Both the position numbers and the translations under genes were made by a program. Shown in pieces: positions 1 to 13,210 of a DNA stretch of 64,000 nucleotides. The DNA comes from the human T2T-CHM13v2.0 reference genome, Homo sapiens, in assembly GCF_009914755.1 (NCBI RefSeq), contig NC_060928.1. One strand, given 5' to 3'. Position 1 is the first letter of the stretch, and each line of letters opens with the position of its first letter. The notes beneath the pieces are model-generated. The model saw only the letters and a program-made list of their open reading frames with translations, searched no databases and was not told where the DNA came from.

Positions 1-706
1 ATTCCAATTAATTTAAAGTGTGGATCAACTCTTAGTCCTCTGGGTGCATTTACATCAACACAAAAATTACATTTAAAAATGTTGTGTCCTCTCCAACCAA
101 GTTAAATCAATGTGCTTGCATTTTCCCTGAAGGCCAATATAAATGCAAGAATGCAATTTTAAGAGTGAAGGACCTCTATAAACAATATTCTGTTTCTAAT
201 TTCTGGAAGGCGAAACCAAAAGATTGAACATGGTAACCTTCACAGCATCTTAATTACTTTTATGTTAAAGCAGTTACCATTTCTATAATTAACATAATAA
301 AATCCATAAAGCTTAACATGAGAAATCAAACAATAACCTCAAATCTGCGCATAAACATTAATGATAAATGCAAATATATTTGTATTTTACCAAATGTGTC
401 AGCATATGATTCATTACATCCTCATATATTTTTCCAAAAATGTAAAAGTATACTGTAGTCCAGGAGGAAAGCTACATGTGAGAGATTAAATATGTATCTT
501 GTCACACTGTCACTACACTATTTAACTGCAGCACTCAGATAATCTAGATCTATTTTGAAACTGAATAGGAACAGCCATTTAGTGTTTAAAAGGGACCTAG
601 AAGTTACTATGGACCAATACACTGAGTTGTTCTACCTACATTTTACTTATTTTTGTCTTGGAATCTTGAGTTCACATGTTAATTTGTCAATTTAAAGAAT
701 AAGAAA

Positions 707-991
707 GGCTGGGTGCAGTAACTCATGCCTGTAATCCCAGCACTTCCGGAGGGCAAGGTGGGAGGATTGCTTGAGGCCAGGAGATCCAGACCAGCCTAGG
801 CAACATAGCACAACCCCATCTCTCTAAATAATTTGAAAAAGTAGCTGGGCATGGTGGTGAACGCCTTTAGTCCTAGCTACCTGGAAGGCTAAGGCAAGAG
901 TATTGTTTGAGGCCAGGAGTTTGAAGCTGCAGTAAGCCAAGATCACACCATTGCACTCTAGCCCAGGTGACAGAGCCAGACCCTCTCTTAA

Positions 992-1030
<39 letters not shown>
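707..1030 (+). mobile_element. Alu SINE (AluJ-like) with (TAAA)n tail
   Basis: GGCTGGGTGCAGTAACTCATGCCTGTAATCCCAGCAC start, dimeric structure, J-type GGAGGATTGCTTGAGGCCAGGAG, (TAAA)n tail ~989-1030. Confidence 0.95.
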
Positions 1031-1096
1031 CAAGAAAATGAGTTTCTGGAAGCTTATGTGACTTCCACATGATGCTGTGTGTATTGATAGGAGTAT

Positions 1097-1344
1097 TTGT
1101 TTGTTTATTTATTTATTTTTGAGACAGAGTCTCACTCTGTCCCCCAGGAAGGGAGTGCAGTGGTGTGATTCCAGTCACTACAACCTCCACTTCCTGGGTT
1201 CGAGTGATTCTCATGCCTCAGCCTCCCAAGTAGCTGGTACTACAGGCACCCACCACCATGCTAAGGCCAATTTTTGTATTTTTAGTAGAGATGGGGTTTC
1301 ACCATGCTGGAGAGGCTGGTCTCAAACTCCTGACCTCAAGTGAT
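1097..1344 (-). mobile_element. Alu SINE (AluS-like), 5'-truncated
   Basis: (TTTA)n then GAGACAGAGTCTCACTCTGT...CTCAAACTCCTGACCTCAAGTGAT, the reverse complement of Alu. Confidence 0.93.
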
Positions 1345-1457
1345 AGGACAGTTAATGTGAAGCCAGCTCTGCTCCAATTTGAAAGCTAATTCTGCTTTTT
1401 TAACTCCTTCACTATTTCTAGGTATACACAGATTACTGCCTGAATTATCTGTCACAC

Positions 1458-1926
1458 TGAGGGAAGAGAGAGACCCTCTCATATTGTTTTATACTCAGTA
1501 CCTGTTTTAAGAAAAAAACGAGGAAGTGAAACCAAAGACAGGCAGCCCGGCGCCAGGCCCAAAACTGGGCCTGGGCCTGCTTGGCCTAAACCTAGTAGTT
1601 AAAAATCAACTCATGACTTAGAACCCGATGTTACCCATAGATTTCAGGCGTTGTATGGGAGAACATTGTGATACTCCCTGCTCTGTTCTGTTTCTCTCTG
1701 ACCACCGGTGCATGCAGCACTTGTCACGTACCCCTTGCTTGCTCAAATCAATCATGACCCTTTCATGTGAAATCTTTAGTGTTGTGTGCCCTTAAAAAGG
1801 ACAGAAATTGTGCACTCAGGGAGCTCGGATTTTGAGACAGTAGCTTGCTGATGCTCCCAGCTGAATAAAGCCCTTCCTTCTACAACTTGGTGTCTGAGAG
1901 GTTTTTTCTGGGCTTGACCTGCTACA
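1458..1926 (+). mobile_element. Solo ERV1 LTR, LTR2 family (HERV-E; LTR2B-like)
   Basis: TGAGGGAAGAGAGAGACCCTCTCATATTG...CTGAATAAAGCCCTTCC...CCTGCTACA; TG..CA termini; perfect 4-bp TSD ACAC at 1454-1457 and 1927-1930; AATAAA near 1864; subfamily recalled from consensus. Confidence 0.88.
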
Positions 1927-1974
1927 ACACGTATTTCAATATCTTTGTTCTAATATTGAAATTAATTATAAAGT

Positions 1975-2120
1975 AGTTGATATAGAAGGAGCTTTTGGAA
2001 TCATTTAACTGGTCCCCTTTCTTTTACAGATGTGAAAACTAAGCCCCAATAAAGTTACAGGATACTTCTAAGACAAAATAGCTTCTTAATAGCAGAGGCA
2101 GAACTAGAAGCCAAGTCAAT
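1975..2120 (-). mobile_element. MIR SINE fragment
   Basis: MIR core-like TTTTACAGATGTGAAAACTAAGCCC...AGCAGAGGCAGAACTAGAAGCCAAGTC. Confidence 0.6.
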
Positions 2121-2456
2121 CAATGAATACTCTATGTATACCAAACATATCTTTTAATGATCATTTACTCAGTGTATATAAGCAAATAATTTAGAATACA
2201 TGAGTGACACAGATATGTTGTGCCTCATGGGGTAATTTTTGCTCAAAGACTATTTACATGCCTTATACAGACTTAATTTCCATCCTCTCTTATTAGGTCT
2301 GACATTTCTTCCATTGGTTCAGTAGGTTTCGTTTTACACACACACACACACACACATTACATATATATTTTTTGCTTCACAGCAAATGCAGAAAATATAT
2401 ACAAAAGATCACTACTGAATTTTCTTGGAAAGATAAAACATACTTTGTTTTAGGTA

Positions 2457-2940
2457 TGTTAGATATGAGTTCTAACTTTCTCTTCAAAGAATCAATACGT
2501 CAATATGTTCAATTCTTTACCTTCTACTTTTAAACTTGACTTCCTTGTAAAGCAAGCTTTTCCAATTACCTGCTCCACCCTGACTCATTCTGATTACCTG
2601 TTCATTCTCCACCCTGACTCATTCCGATTTCCTGCTCTGCCATAACCATTTTTCCCGCCAAACCACTCACCCTGTCACTCTCTTTAAATTAGCCAGTCGG
2701 AATTAGTTTAGCCTGTGTGGTCTAACCCTAGCCAATAGGGGAATGACACAGCAGCAGGGGACACGTGCATCAGGAATAAGACCCCCTTTTCCTCCCTTGT
2801 CGAGATGTGCTCTCACCTTTGCTCCATCTGTGAGGGTGAACCACCCTATAGAAGTAAACAGCCTTGCCAAGAAGAAAAAAAAAAGAAAATTTTATATTGA
2901 GTGCTATTTCTTTTGTGGTACCGAAACTTTACTTATAACA
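2457..2940 (+). mobile_element. Solo ERV1 LTR, LTR10 family (HERV-I/HERVIP10F; LTR10F-like)
   Basis: TGTTAGATATGAGTTCTAA...CTTATAACA; internal CTCCACCCTGACTCATTC repeat units; CCAAT box; near-TSD GGTA/GATA. Confidence 0.88.
2581..2621. promoter_or_regulatory. Two consensus AP-1 sites (TGACTCA) in the LTR10 tandem unit
   Basis: TGACTCA at 2581-2587 and 2615-2621; activity cannot be shown from sequence. Confidence 0.55.
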
Positions 2941-2989
2941 GATATTTAACTTTATCGTGCTCTTTAAGTTACTCAGTGAATTATTTAAA

Positions 2990-3656
2990 ACATACCAAAG
3001 AACCTGGCCTTAAGGGCATGAAGCAGGGTTGCAAGAGGGAGTGGAACTTAGTGGATAGTTAAGAATTAAGTTGTGTAATGGATCATGGAGAATCTTCCAA
3101 AGAAGGTTCAGTGAAGACAGGACTCTGACCACCTACATGGGAACAGGGAGGGATGTCAAGAAGCTGCAGGCAGTTCCTAAATCATAGCAAGGATGTTCAT
3201 TTAGAAAGGCGTGGCTGGCAGTGGTATGAAGAGAGAAGAGGTTGTGGAATGAGGGGTTTAGCAGAGGAAATCAGGAAGTCATTGTGCTTTACAGTTCTAC
3301 CAAGAGGAGATGGTTGGGATGAAATATTCTTGATATTTATACCCTTATTTTCTAATAGGGAACAGACGTGGTTATTTGAGGATGCTGCCGTTCCAAAATT
3401 GTTGGGCACACAGATAATACATGACTTTGCAATTGGAGGGCTTGAGTGTTTTCTCAGGTTGTAGGCAGTTGTAATCTCTTAAGGAAGCAAAGCAGCAGAC
3501 AAGGTCCTTACATTTGTATGCAAAAATTATGCCTTGCCTATCCCCAAGGTGTACTGTCCCATAAAGGCCAGGAATTAGGCTACTTGATTTCCCTGGGAGT
3601 TAACCTACAAAGGGCAGCACAATGTTGATATGATTATAAACCATGTAAATTCTACA
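2990..3656 (-). mobile_element. Probable old LTR element, family unassigned
   Basis: Block GC-richer than its flanks, ending ...AATTCTACA (TGTAG start on - strand); no coding signal. Confidence 0.3.
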
Positions 3657-4214
3657 TTATTCTGGACTCCCAGGAAAAAATAAACTTTTAAATATTCTAC
3701 CATTATAAAAATATTAAAAATAATGTAATAATTACTTCACTTAATGATGTTGTTATGCTTGGGACACTTAAGTATTAGCAGAAGAAATATGTTCGTTTTA
3801 ATATTAATAATATGACTTATATAAATTAAATTCCATACACAGTTGAAATTAAAGTATTAATGGAGTCTTTGGTACCTCTGAAAATGGAAAGACAAACAAA
3901 TAAAAAACTGCAATGAAAGACTTGAGTGCTGGGCTATTAAGTGATGTAAACAGAATTTTCTGTGTCATTCTATGTTCCTGGGAATTAGTTTAGGTTCTAA
4001 ATAACTGGAAGAAAATATTGCTAAAATTAAATTTATCATGTTTATTACATAATTTATAGAAATATCAAAGGCTTGTATTTCACTAAAACCCATATAGCTT
4101 TCTGATCATAGTCATATTTAATGTATTCTGGACAATAAATCTTTGTTTTGTTTTTTTTCTTTTTTCTTAAGCTGATTTTATCAATGCATTAAACAAATTT
4201 TTAATTTAGTCATT

Positions 4215-4720
4215 ATTTTTAATTGACAAATTATAGTTGTATATATTTGTCACGTACAACATAATGTTTTGAAATATGTATATGTTGTGGAATGGCCAAA
4301 TCAAGCTAATTAACATATATATTACCTTCCATACCTGTCCGTGTGTGTGTGTGTGTGTGTGTGGTGAGAACACTTTATTTATTCTCTTAGCAATTTTTAG
4401 GAATACAATACATTTTTATCAACTGTAGTCACCACAAAGACCTCTTGAACTTATTCCTCCTGCCTAACTGAAATTTTGTATCCTTTTGTATCTCAATATC
4501 CACCCTCCCAACTAGTCCCTGATAACCATCATTCAACTTTCTGCTTCTATGAGTTCTACTTTTTCAGAAGCTACATATAAGTGAGATCACGTTTTATTTG
4601 TCTTTCTGTGATCTTGCTTATTTCACTTAGCATAGTGTCCCCCAGGTGCATTCATGTTGTTGTGACTATAGGATTTCCTATTTTCTTAAGGCTGAATAGT
4701 ATTCCATTGTGTACATATTA
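4215..4720 (-). mobile_element. L1 3' end (L1MA-like) with internal (GT)n
   Basis: TTTTAATTGACAAATTATAGTTGTATATATTT...GGCTGAATAGTATTCCATTGTGTA, typical antisense L1MA 3' UTR. Confidence 0.85.
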
Positions 4721-5544
4721 TTATGTCATATTATTAATATTAAAATGTTCATATTGTGTACCATACTTGTTTTTGCTTAATCTTAATTATACTCTTTTAA
4801 ATATTTTAACACAAATAGCTGTAATGATTCTACTTGCTCTGATTTCTGAAAACATTTCCCCACTTCAACATCACTTTTTCTGCATCTGAATGTCCTTTTT
4901 AAAAACTCAAAATAAAATGAATAAATGTCATTCACATGCTTTGGCAAAATTATTCAATTGTAAAAATATTTAGCCTGTGTGTTTATTTTGCTTTGAAATT
5001 TATATAACATCTAATAACACAGGATGCATTATTTTATATGTCAGATCAAATATATGTTTCATTAGAGGACTGTAGGTCAATTCTTATAAAACTTTAAGTT
5101 TCATACACGTCATCTGTGAATCTTGCTAAAATTGCAAATTCTGATTTAGTCAGTGTAGAGTGGTGCCTCAATTTTGCTGCTGAACTTTGGGCAATGATTT
5201 GTGTTGGAGGAATTTAGAGGACAGTGAGGTAGATACAGCTTCAGTTTTCTCTGTGAAACATATGTAAGAACAATACTACTACAGGTCAATGATGTGTGGT
5301 GGAAATTTCAGTTTCAATCAGTTCATTATGAATTGTGTTATCCAAGTCAGGAACTCAGAGGATGTCTTTTCCATGTATATGTTTTAAAGTTACCTCCTTC
5401 ACACTGTGCCCATCACTTAAAGATTTATCAGACTCTGTAAAATACCAGTTCAATAAATTATACCATTATTAACACAATTTTATGTGAAGAATAAAATATA
5501 AAGATATCTCTAAGATCACTCCAAAATAACTTACATTTAGCTTT

Positions 5545-5899
5545 CTTTTTCTTAGTCTTCTTCTTTTTGTTTTGTTTTGTTTTTTATTTTGGTTTGTTTT
5601 TTGTTTTTTGTTTTTACACGAATTCTTGCTCTGATGTCCAGGCTGAAGTGGAGTGTCATGATCTTGGCTCATTGCAGCCTCCTCCTCCCAAGTTCAAGCA
5701 ATTCTCCTGCCTCAGCCTCCCGAGTAGTTGGAATTACAGGTACGCACCACCATGCCCAGCTAATTTCTGTATTTTTTTTAGCAGAGACGGGGTTTCAGCA
5801 TGCTGGCCAAGCTGGCCTTGAACTCCTGACCTCAAGTGATCCTCCTGCCTCAGCCTCCCAAAGTGCTGGGTTTACAAGCATGAGCCACTGTGCCTGGTC
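5545..5899 (-). mobile_element. Alu SINE (AluS-like) with long degenerate T-rich tail
   Basis: AAGCAATTCTCCTGCCTCAGCCTCCCGAGTAG...CCCAAAGTGCTGGGTTTACAAGCATGAGCCACTGTGCCTGG. Confidence 0.95.
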
Positions 5900-6109
5900 T
5901 TTAATCTTCTTAATAAGTTGTCAAAATCTAATATTAGCATATGTTATAAAAAGGTAGAACTCTTCTCTGTATGGTAAAAAATACAGTCATACGGTAAAAA
6001 AGGAGAACAAGTCATTATTGGCAATGAGAGAAAAAGTAAAGAAAATCTACTTATTAAAAATTTTTCTGTGGACTAGAAAAATGGCCAGCCATGAATGTCA
6101 TTTAAAAGT

Positions 6110-7745
6110 TATTATATAATGAACATTCATGTAATGATTGCTTTTGTCAAGGAATAAAACATTGCCAGTCCTTCCAATACACCTTCCTGACTGACACCCT
6201 CCCGTCTTACAAAGATTAGCCTTAACATGATTTTTATGGGAATTGATTTCTCAGTTGTCTTTTCAGCTTTAACTTCCATGTATATGTCCTTTAACAATAT
6301 AATTTGTTTTGTCTTGTTTTGTTTTGTTGTAAAGATTATATAAATGGTGCATTCAGTATATGCCTTTTGTTCTGACAGCTTCTCTTCAGTAATGTGGTTC
6401 TAAGATTCATTAACGTTTTTGTTAGTAGCTCTATTTTGTTAATGTTGACTGTCTATACTATTCTTTTATATGCATACCATCACAATTCATTTATTTTTTG
6501 ATTGCTGAATATTTACGTTGTCATCAAATTGTCACCATTTTAAGTAATATTGCAGTTAATATTTTTCAGTATGTATCCCTATATAGGTATGAGTATATAA
6601 CATACAAATACAGATGTAAAATCTCTGGGTTATAGGGTATAGATTTCCTCAACATAATGAAATAAATACAGTGTTTGTTAAAATAACAATTTCAGTTTAC
6701 ATTCTCACCAGTGGTATGTGAGAGTTGTTGTTGCTGTTGTCAGTTTTTAAAATTTTTATCAATTTTTGTTAAATTCTGTTGTGATTTAATTTGCATCTCC
6801 CTAAATACCGTTGAAGTTATAGGTTTGTCATATGTTCGTTGGCCATTTAGATTTCCTTTATTTATTTATTTTTTTTTGGAAGTGAGAGTTCAAGCTTTAG
6901 CTCATATTATTTTCTTTTGGGCTGTTCTTTTTTAAAAATTTAATTACAAAGGGACTCTGTACATTTTGAGTATTAGTGCTTTTAGGTGATATTAATTGCA
7001 GATATTTTCTTCCAGTTTTGATTTGATTTTTCACTATCTCTCTGTTATGTTTTGATACAGAAGTTCTTTGATTTAAGTGTTTGTTGTCCAAATTTGCCAT
7101 GTTTTTCTTAGTAAAATTCATTATTTCTTCTTTACATTTAATGTCTTTTTATTCAGAAACCATACACATTAATTCATGTATTAATTATTCTATATAATTC
7201 TCTAATGACCTATCATTTTTTATTAGATAGGCCTATAGTCAACTGGAATTCATATTTGTCCATAATATGGAGTTGGGGAAATATTCCTTCTACTATATAA
7301 ACATACAAATACAACAGTGCCATTTATTGAAGCATTTTTTTCTCAAGTTCTCTACAGTGCATTTTTTCATGACTCAAGTTCCATATATACATAGGCTTTT
7401 TTTCAAACTTTGTATTCTATCATACTGGTCTTTTTGTTTTTCCTTACATCAATATATGTGTCTCTATTTATTATATATTTTTAATAAATATGGTTATAAA
7501 TTCCATATATTTCTTCAAATTTGTATTTTTATCAAGTTTATTCTTGCTATTCTTATTTATATTTCTATATATATTTTAGAATTAGATTGACAATATCCAC
7601 AAAAATTCTGTTGGGATTTTGATTGGGATCTCTTTGAAATCTATAGATAAATTTGAGATGAGATATCTCTGTTGCACTATTGAGTTATTGAGTTCTTATC
7701 CATGGATATGATTTTTATCATTTGTTCCCATATATTTAGATCTTA
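6110..7745 (-). mobile_element. Ancient L1 (L1ME-like) 3' region/ORF2 relic
   Basis: T-rich, with L1 antisense motifs (ACATTCTCACCAGTGGTATGTGAGAGTT, TTTAATTTGCATCTCCCT, CTGTTGGGATTTTGATTGGGAT). Confidence 0.7.
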
Positions 7746-7747
7746 TA

Positions 7748-7748
<1 letters not shown>

Positions 7749-7779
<31 letters not shown>
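7749..7779. repeat. (CA)n microsatellite
   Basis: About 15 CA units. Confidence 0.95.
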
Positions 7780-7782
<3 letters not shown>

Positions 7783-7818
7783 ATATATACCTTATATGTA
7801 GAATATGTTATAAACTTA

Positions 7819-8097
<279 letters not shown>

Positions 8098-8146
8098 ACA
8101 TATTCTTCTGGATATATATAAAAGAGAAAAGCAAGAATAAATACTA

Positions 8147-8410
<264 letters not shown>

Positions 8411-9745
8411 TTATTATATTAAGCCAGTTTATTTACTTCCTAATTACAGTACATGTTCATCAAATATGACTATAGAATTTTACCATTTTCTGTATCTGTT
8501 AATAATGATGCAATTTTTATCCTGGAATCTGTGTATGTATTGGTGAATTCACTAATTTTTGTAAAGCTGAACTTGCATTCATAATATAAATATAATTTGG
8601 TCAATTGTCTTTAGTTGATAATTTTTTCTGGATTATCTGTTGTCTATAAGCTTGGATTTAAGCTGTTAATAATTTCTTCAGAATTTTTTTTTATGAGAAA
8701 CACTAAAATTATCCTTTCTTATGTCATGCTTATTGGGTATAACTGTGAAGAATAAGCAGGCCTCTCTAACCCAGGCTAGACAGAAAGCAGAAACTGGGCA
8801 TATGTTTAGATGGAAGTATATTGTGGGGTAATGTGATGTGGGAGCAAGAATGAGGACCAGGGTGAGCCAAGCAGGAAAAAAAGTAATGTCTACTCTGTCT
8901 GCTGTCTGGCATTCACCCATATTTGCATGAGAACATTTATTTCAAGAAGTTAGAAGAAGAAGAGCAAGATAAATCCTAAGAAATTATATGGAAAATGTCA
9001 ATGACAGGAGAAGAAATTAAAAGAATGTAAGTATACAACAGAAAGGATCAACAAAGACAAAATATTCTTTACAAATTATGTGCCTAGACTTGACACATTA
9101 AGGCATTTTCTACTCTAGGTAACTACTTGATATAATATTTATAATTAATTTTGTAAAGGCTTTAATAAAATATATGTATTAATAACTAGGAAAAGGTAAG
9201 TGAATCCTGGATTTTGTGAATAGAAATACTAGGTTCATTGAAAAAAGATGATACTCTTTTCCATAATATTTGGTTCAGTTTAATAAAGAATTCTCTATAT
9301 TTTGTAATCAAGTTTTTACATATCTAGTTGGCAGTGTTTTCTTTGCTAAGTGTGAAGTAATAGCTCAGCTTTATTTTCTGAAGTAATACCTCATTTCTTT
9401 GGCTTTTAGCTATAATCATCATTTCTCAAGTCAAATGAGTACATTCTGTTCTGCAAGTTCTTAGGTCTCAAGTTGATTTAGAGGTGTTTCGAATATTGTT
9501 CACAATTCTGCATGCTTGATATATTGAGTCATAAAGAAGTATTAGAATGAAATGAAAATATTAATTAACCTAGGAAGAATAATAAAAGCTTGACTGAAAT
9601 AAGTGTGTTATATAAAGCAAGTATTTTCTTCTCACTTATCTCAGTTAAATTTTTTCTGCTAATTCCCCTTGATATTTACATTTTGAAAAAGAAAGAAACA
9701 AGGCATCAGTGATCAATGACCTTCTTTTCTATTTAAATTATTTTC

Positions 9746-10312
9746 ACCCAGCAATCCCATTACTGGATATATCTCCAAAGGAATATAAATCATTCTATTA
9801 TAAAGACACATGCACACGTATGTTCATTGCAGCACTATTCACAATAGCAAAGACATGAAATCAACCCAAATGTCCATCAATGATACACTGGATAAAGAAA
9901 TGTGGTACATATACACGATGGAATACCATGTAGTCATAAAAAAGAATGAGACCATATTCTTTGCAGGGATGTAGATGGAGCTGGAGGCCATTATTCTTAG
10001 CCAACTAATGCAGGAACAGAAAACCAAATATCACATGTTCTCACTTATAAGTGGGAGCTAAATGGTGAGAACACATGGACACATAGAGAGGAACAACACA
10101 CACTGAGGGCTATCAGAACGTGTAGGGTGGGAAGAGGGAGAGGATCAGGAAAAGTAACTAATGGGTGCTAGTTTTAATACCTGGATGATGAAATAATCTA
10201 CAAAACAAACCCCCATTACACGCATTTACCCATGTAACAAACCTGCACATGTACCCCTGAACTTAAAATAAAAGCTAAAAAAAAGCTGAAGCAAATACTA
10301 AAAAAAAATAAA
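9746..10312 (+). mobile_element. L1 3' end (old L1PA/L1PB)
   Basis: ACCCAGCAATCCCATTACTGG...GTACCCCTGAACTTAAAATAAAAG + A tail; TSD TAAATTATTTTC (9734-9745) / TAAATTGTTTTC (10313-10324). Confidence 0.93.
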
Positions 10313-11487
10313 TAAATTGTTTTCTTTAAAGTGGTAAAATTACAATATTTATGTATATATTTCTTTTTTTATATCTATAAAGATTTTAGTTAGAATATTT
10401 TTAGTTATCTTAAAAAAGAAATGCTGTCATTTTATATGTAGGCATAGAACATTAAACTGTTTTATCTCTTACCTTAAAAAGAAAATTGTATGATGATTTG
10501 GTATTTTCATTGTTTCCTGCATATTTTTATTGAGTTATTCACAATAATATAAACTGTGAATTTTTTCCTGAAGTGACAGTAATTTAGAATCCATCAGCGT
10601 GTTAGTCATTTACTTTTTCTCCACAATGTGCATTATTTAGCACTTTTCTGTGTAAATTATTATCTATCATCATATTTTCCAATTACTACCATTAGCCTGA
10701 CACTTGAGTATTCTCTATTCTGACTGCTGTGGAAATTAAAAAAAAAAAAAAATCAACTCCCTGTATTTTCACATTGCAAAAAATCTTAATATTGGTAATT
10801 ATGAATTCTAGTGTTTATTTCTACAAATCCTCTAGAAAAGTTAAGGATATATTATTTGAATTGAACATCTTTCTTTACTTTTAAGATTAGTTTAAATTTT
10901 TTAAAATTAAAACAGCAATATTTAATGTGACTTTCATTTTGTTAATAGAGTCATTTCAATTATATTAAAATTAATTCATTTGATTCTAACCCAAATTACT
11001 CACAATAGTTTCCATAGTGTAATTTGAATTTCTCTCAACAAAGGTTGGAAAACTATGAAAACTCTCACATTATAACAAAGTTACACATGAGTTAATTAAA
11101 AAAAGTTAATATTAAGATATCTCAATTTAAGATTCAGATAGCCAATTTAAAAGAGAAGAAAGAACTTATAATGATGACTTATATTCAGAACACATTAGAT
11201 AGAATCTCAGGTTTATTTTTTTCAAAGAATTCAGCTAAATACAGAAATTTTACTTTCAGTGCAAGAGTAGTGATGCTTCTCCATTTTTTCTTTGAAAGAT
11301 TCAATTTTCTATTTAAATAGAAAATTATTTTTATATTTTCGAAGCAATATTAAAGTTAACATCAAAACAGTAATTTTCACTTACTAGAAGGAAATTAAAA
11401 TAAATGTAAGTTACACTGAAATGATTTTATAAATTTACATAAGCTAATTTTAATATGACATTTATGTATTTAATAAAAGTCACCTGT

Positions 11488-11753
11488 ACTTTGGGAGGCC
11501 AAGGTGGGCTGATCATGAGGTCAAGCGTTTGAGACCAGCTTGACTAACATGGTGAAACCTTGTCTCTACTAAAAATATAAAAATTAGCTGGGCGTGGTGT
11601 CATGTGCCTGTAATCCCAGCTGCTCCAGAGGCTGAGGCCGGAGAATCACTTGAACCCAGGAGGCGGAATTTGCAACGAGCTGAGATCGCGCGACACTGCA
11701 CTCCAGTGTGGGGGACAGAGCGAGACTCTGTTTCAAAAAAATAAATAAATAAA
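11488..11753 (+). mobile_element. Alu SINE (AluS-like), 5'-truncated
   Basis: ACTTTGGGAGGCCAAGGTGGGCTGATCATGAGGTCAAG...GAGCGAGACTCTGTTTCAAAAAA. Confidence 0.95.
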
Positions 11754-13019
11754 AGGCTACCAAATGACATTAGTTTTTAGAACTTTATTCTACCCTAAGG
11801 TAAAAAATAAGTGCCCTGATTACTTATTTAGAGATAAGCTTCATAGACCGGTATATTGAAAGTGGCATGCTCTATTGTTTTGAAGCATTTTTGGAGTAAA
11901 ATGTAGGCATATATCTTCTCAATTTGATTGTGATTGACTGGGCATTATTATTATTATTTAATTTTCTGGGGTAAGGCATGGAAGTCTAGGTTTTAAAAAA
12001 GTCCATAAAATTTAGGAGCTAGTGTCTCATAAATCTGATAGATTGAGAAACATTTTTCTATGTTTTAAAATTTTACTTTTTTCAGATTCCATTGGCCAGA
12101 CAGAAGGTTAGATATTAAAATGATCAGTGTACAAATTTTTAAAGTAATATTTAATGCTAAATAGCTTTTATTTTCATATTTAATAATAAAATATCTAGGC
12201 AGTTTTTCTAAAAAGTAGTCAATCCATAGCTGTGTTGTTTTCATTCTTGGCAGTGATATAGAAATTATAAAGGAAATCAAAGTCAAGAATATTATTGATA
12301 GACAAAATTATCAGTTTGTGTTAACATAGAGGCTGATGATGAGACTATTTTTATAATCTTTGTTCTCAAATTGAACTTCCGCTTGGGTTCATTTAGTTGT
12401 TTTATAGAACTCTTAAAATAAATAATTATATTATTTCAATAAATTGGAAAGCAACTTTTTGGCTTAGAAACATAGGAAACAAAGAGCAAATATCATCAAT
12501 GAGACTCAAATTTCCCCAATTTACAAGTCCTAGCAATGAGATATAATTGAATGAAATAAGGAGAGCAACAATTTATCTATGTAGAAATAATTTTATTTTT
12601 AAATGCACATTACATTGTATATTTTGGTTAGATATAAATTTAGATATCTTTCAAAGATAGTTTTCATCTATGAATTACTTTTCATCATAATCAAACATAA
12701 AATTCATACACAATTTTAAACATGCAAGGAACTTTTAAATATATTAAGTATAAAAATTAAACAACTATTGAAAGATATGTTTATAGTACCTTAAAAGAAA
12801 ATTTTCCTGAAAATAAATTTTGAAGAGTTTTGGTTAATGGAACATACTGAAAATAGCCTTACTGAAGAAAACCGGCTAATGTGTGCTGTGAAATACCAGT
12901 ATGGAAATTTTAAGAATATCTGGTTGTAACAGCTGTAAGCCCATGGGGCTCCTATAAATAATTTATCTTATAACTGTATTCAGATACAATTATTAATCAT
13001 TAACATTTATTAATAAATA

Positions 13020-13210
13020 CTAGATAATGTCCCAGTTATTGTCATGTACATTGTTTTCATTATTTTCTTAATGTAGTGGAAATTATAACGTTGATCTAAG
13101 CAATGAGAAGACTTACGTTTCGATGAATGTTTGGGTGTGTCCAAGGTCACCCAATCCTTAAATGGGGAGACTGAAACTCAAGGAGAGATAATTCATATTT
13201 GACTTCAATG
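13020..13210 (-). mobile_element. MIR SINE fragment
   Basis: GAGAAGACTTACGTT...TGTCCAAGGTCACCCA...GAGACTGAAACTCAA, degenerate MIR core. Confidence 0.5.

Noticed and set aside
2560-2640. Repeat-spacer-like pattern (also 22122-22167, 42215-42290, 44692-44773) as CRISPR-like
   Set aside because: Only two copies each, eukaryotic context, explained by the LTR10 tandem unit or local duplication
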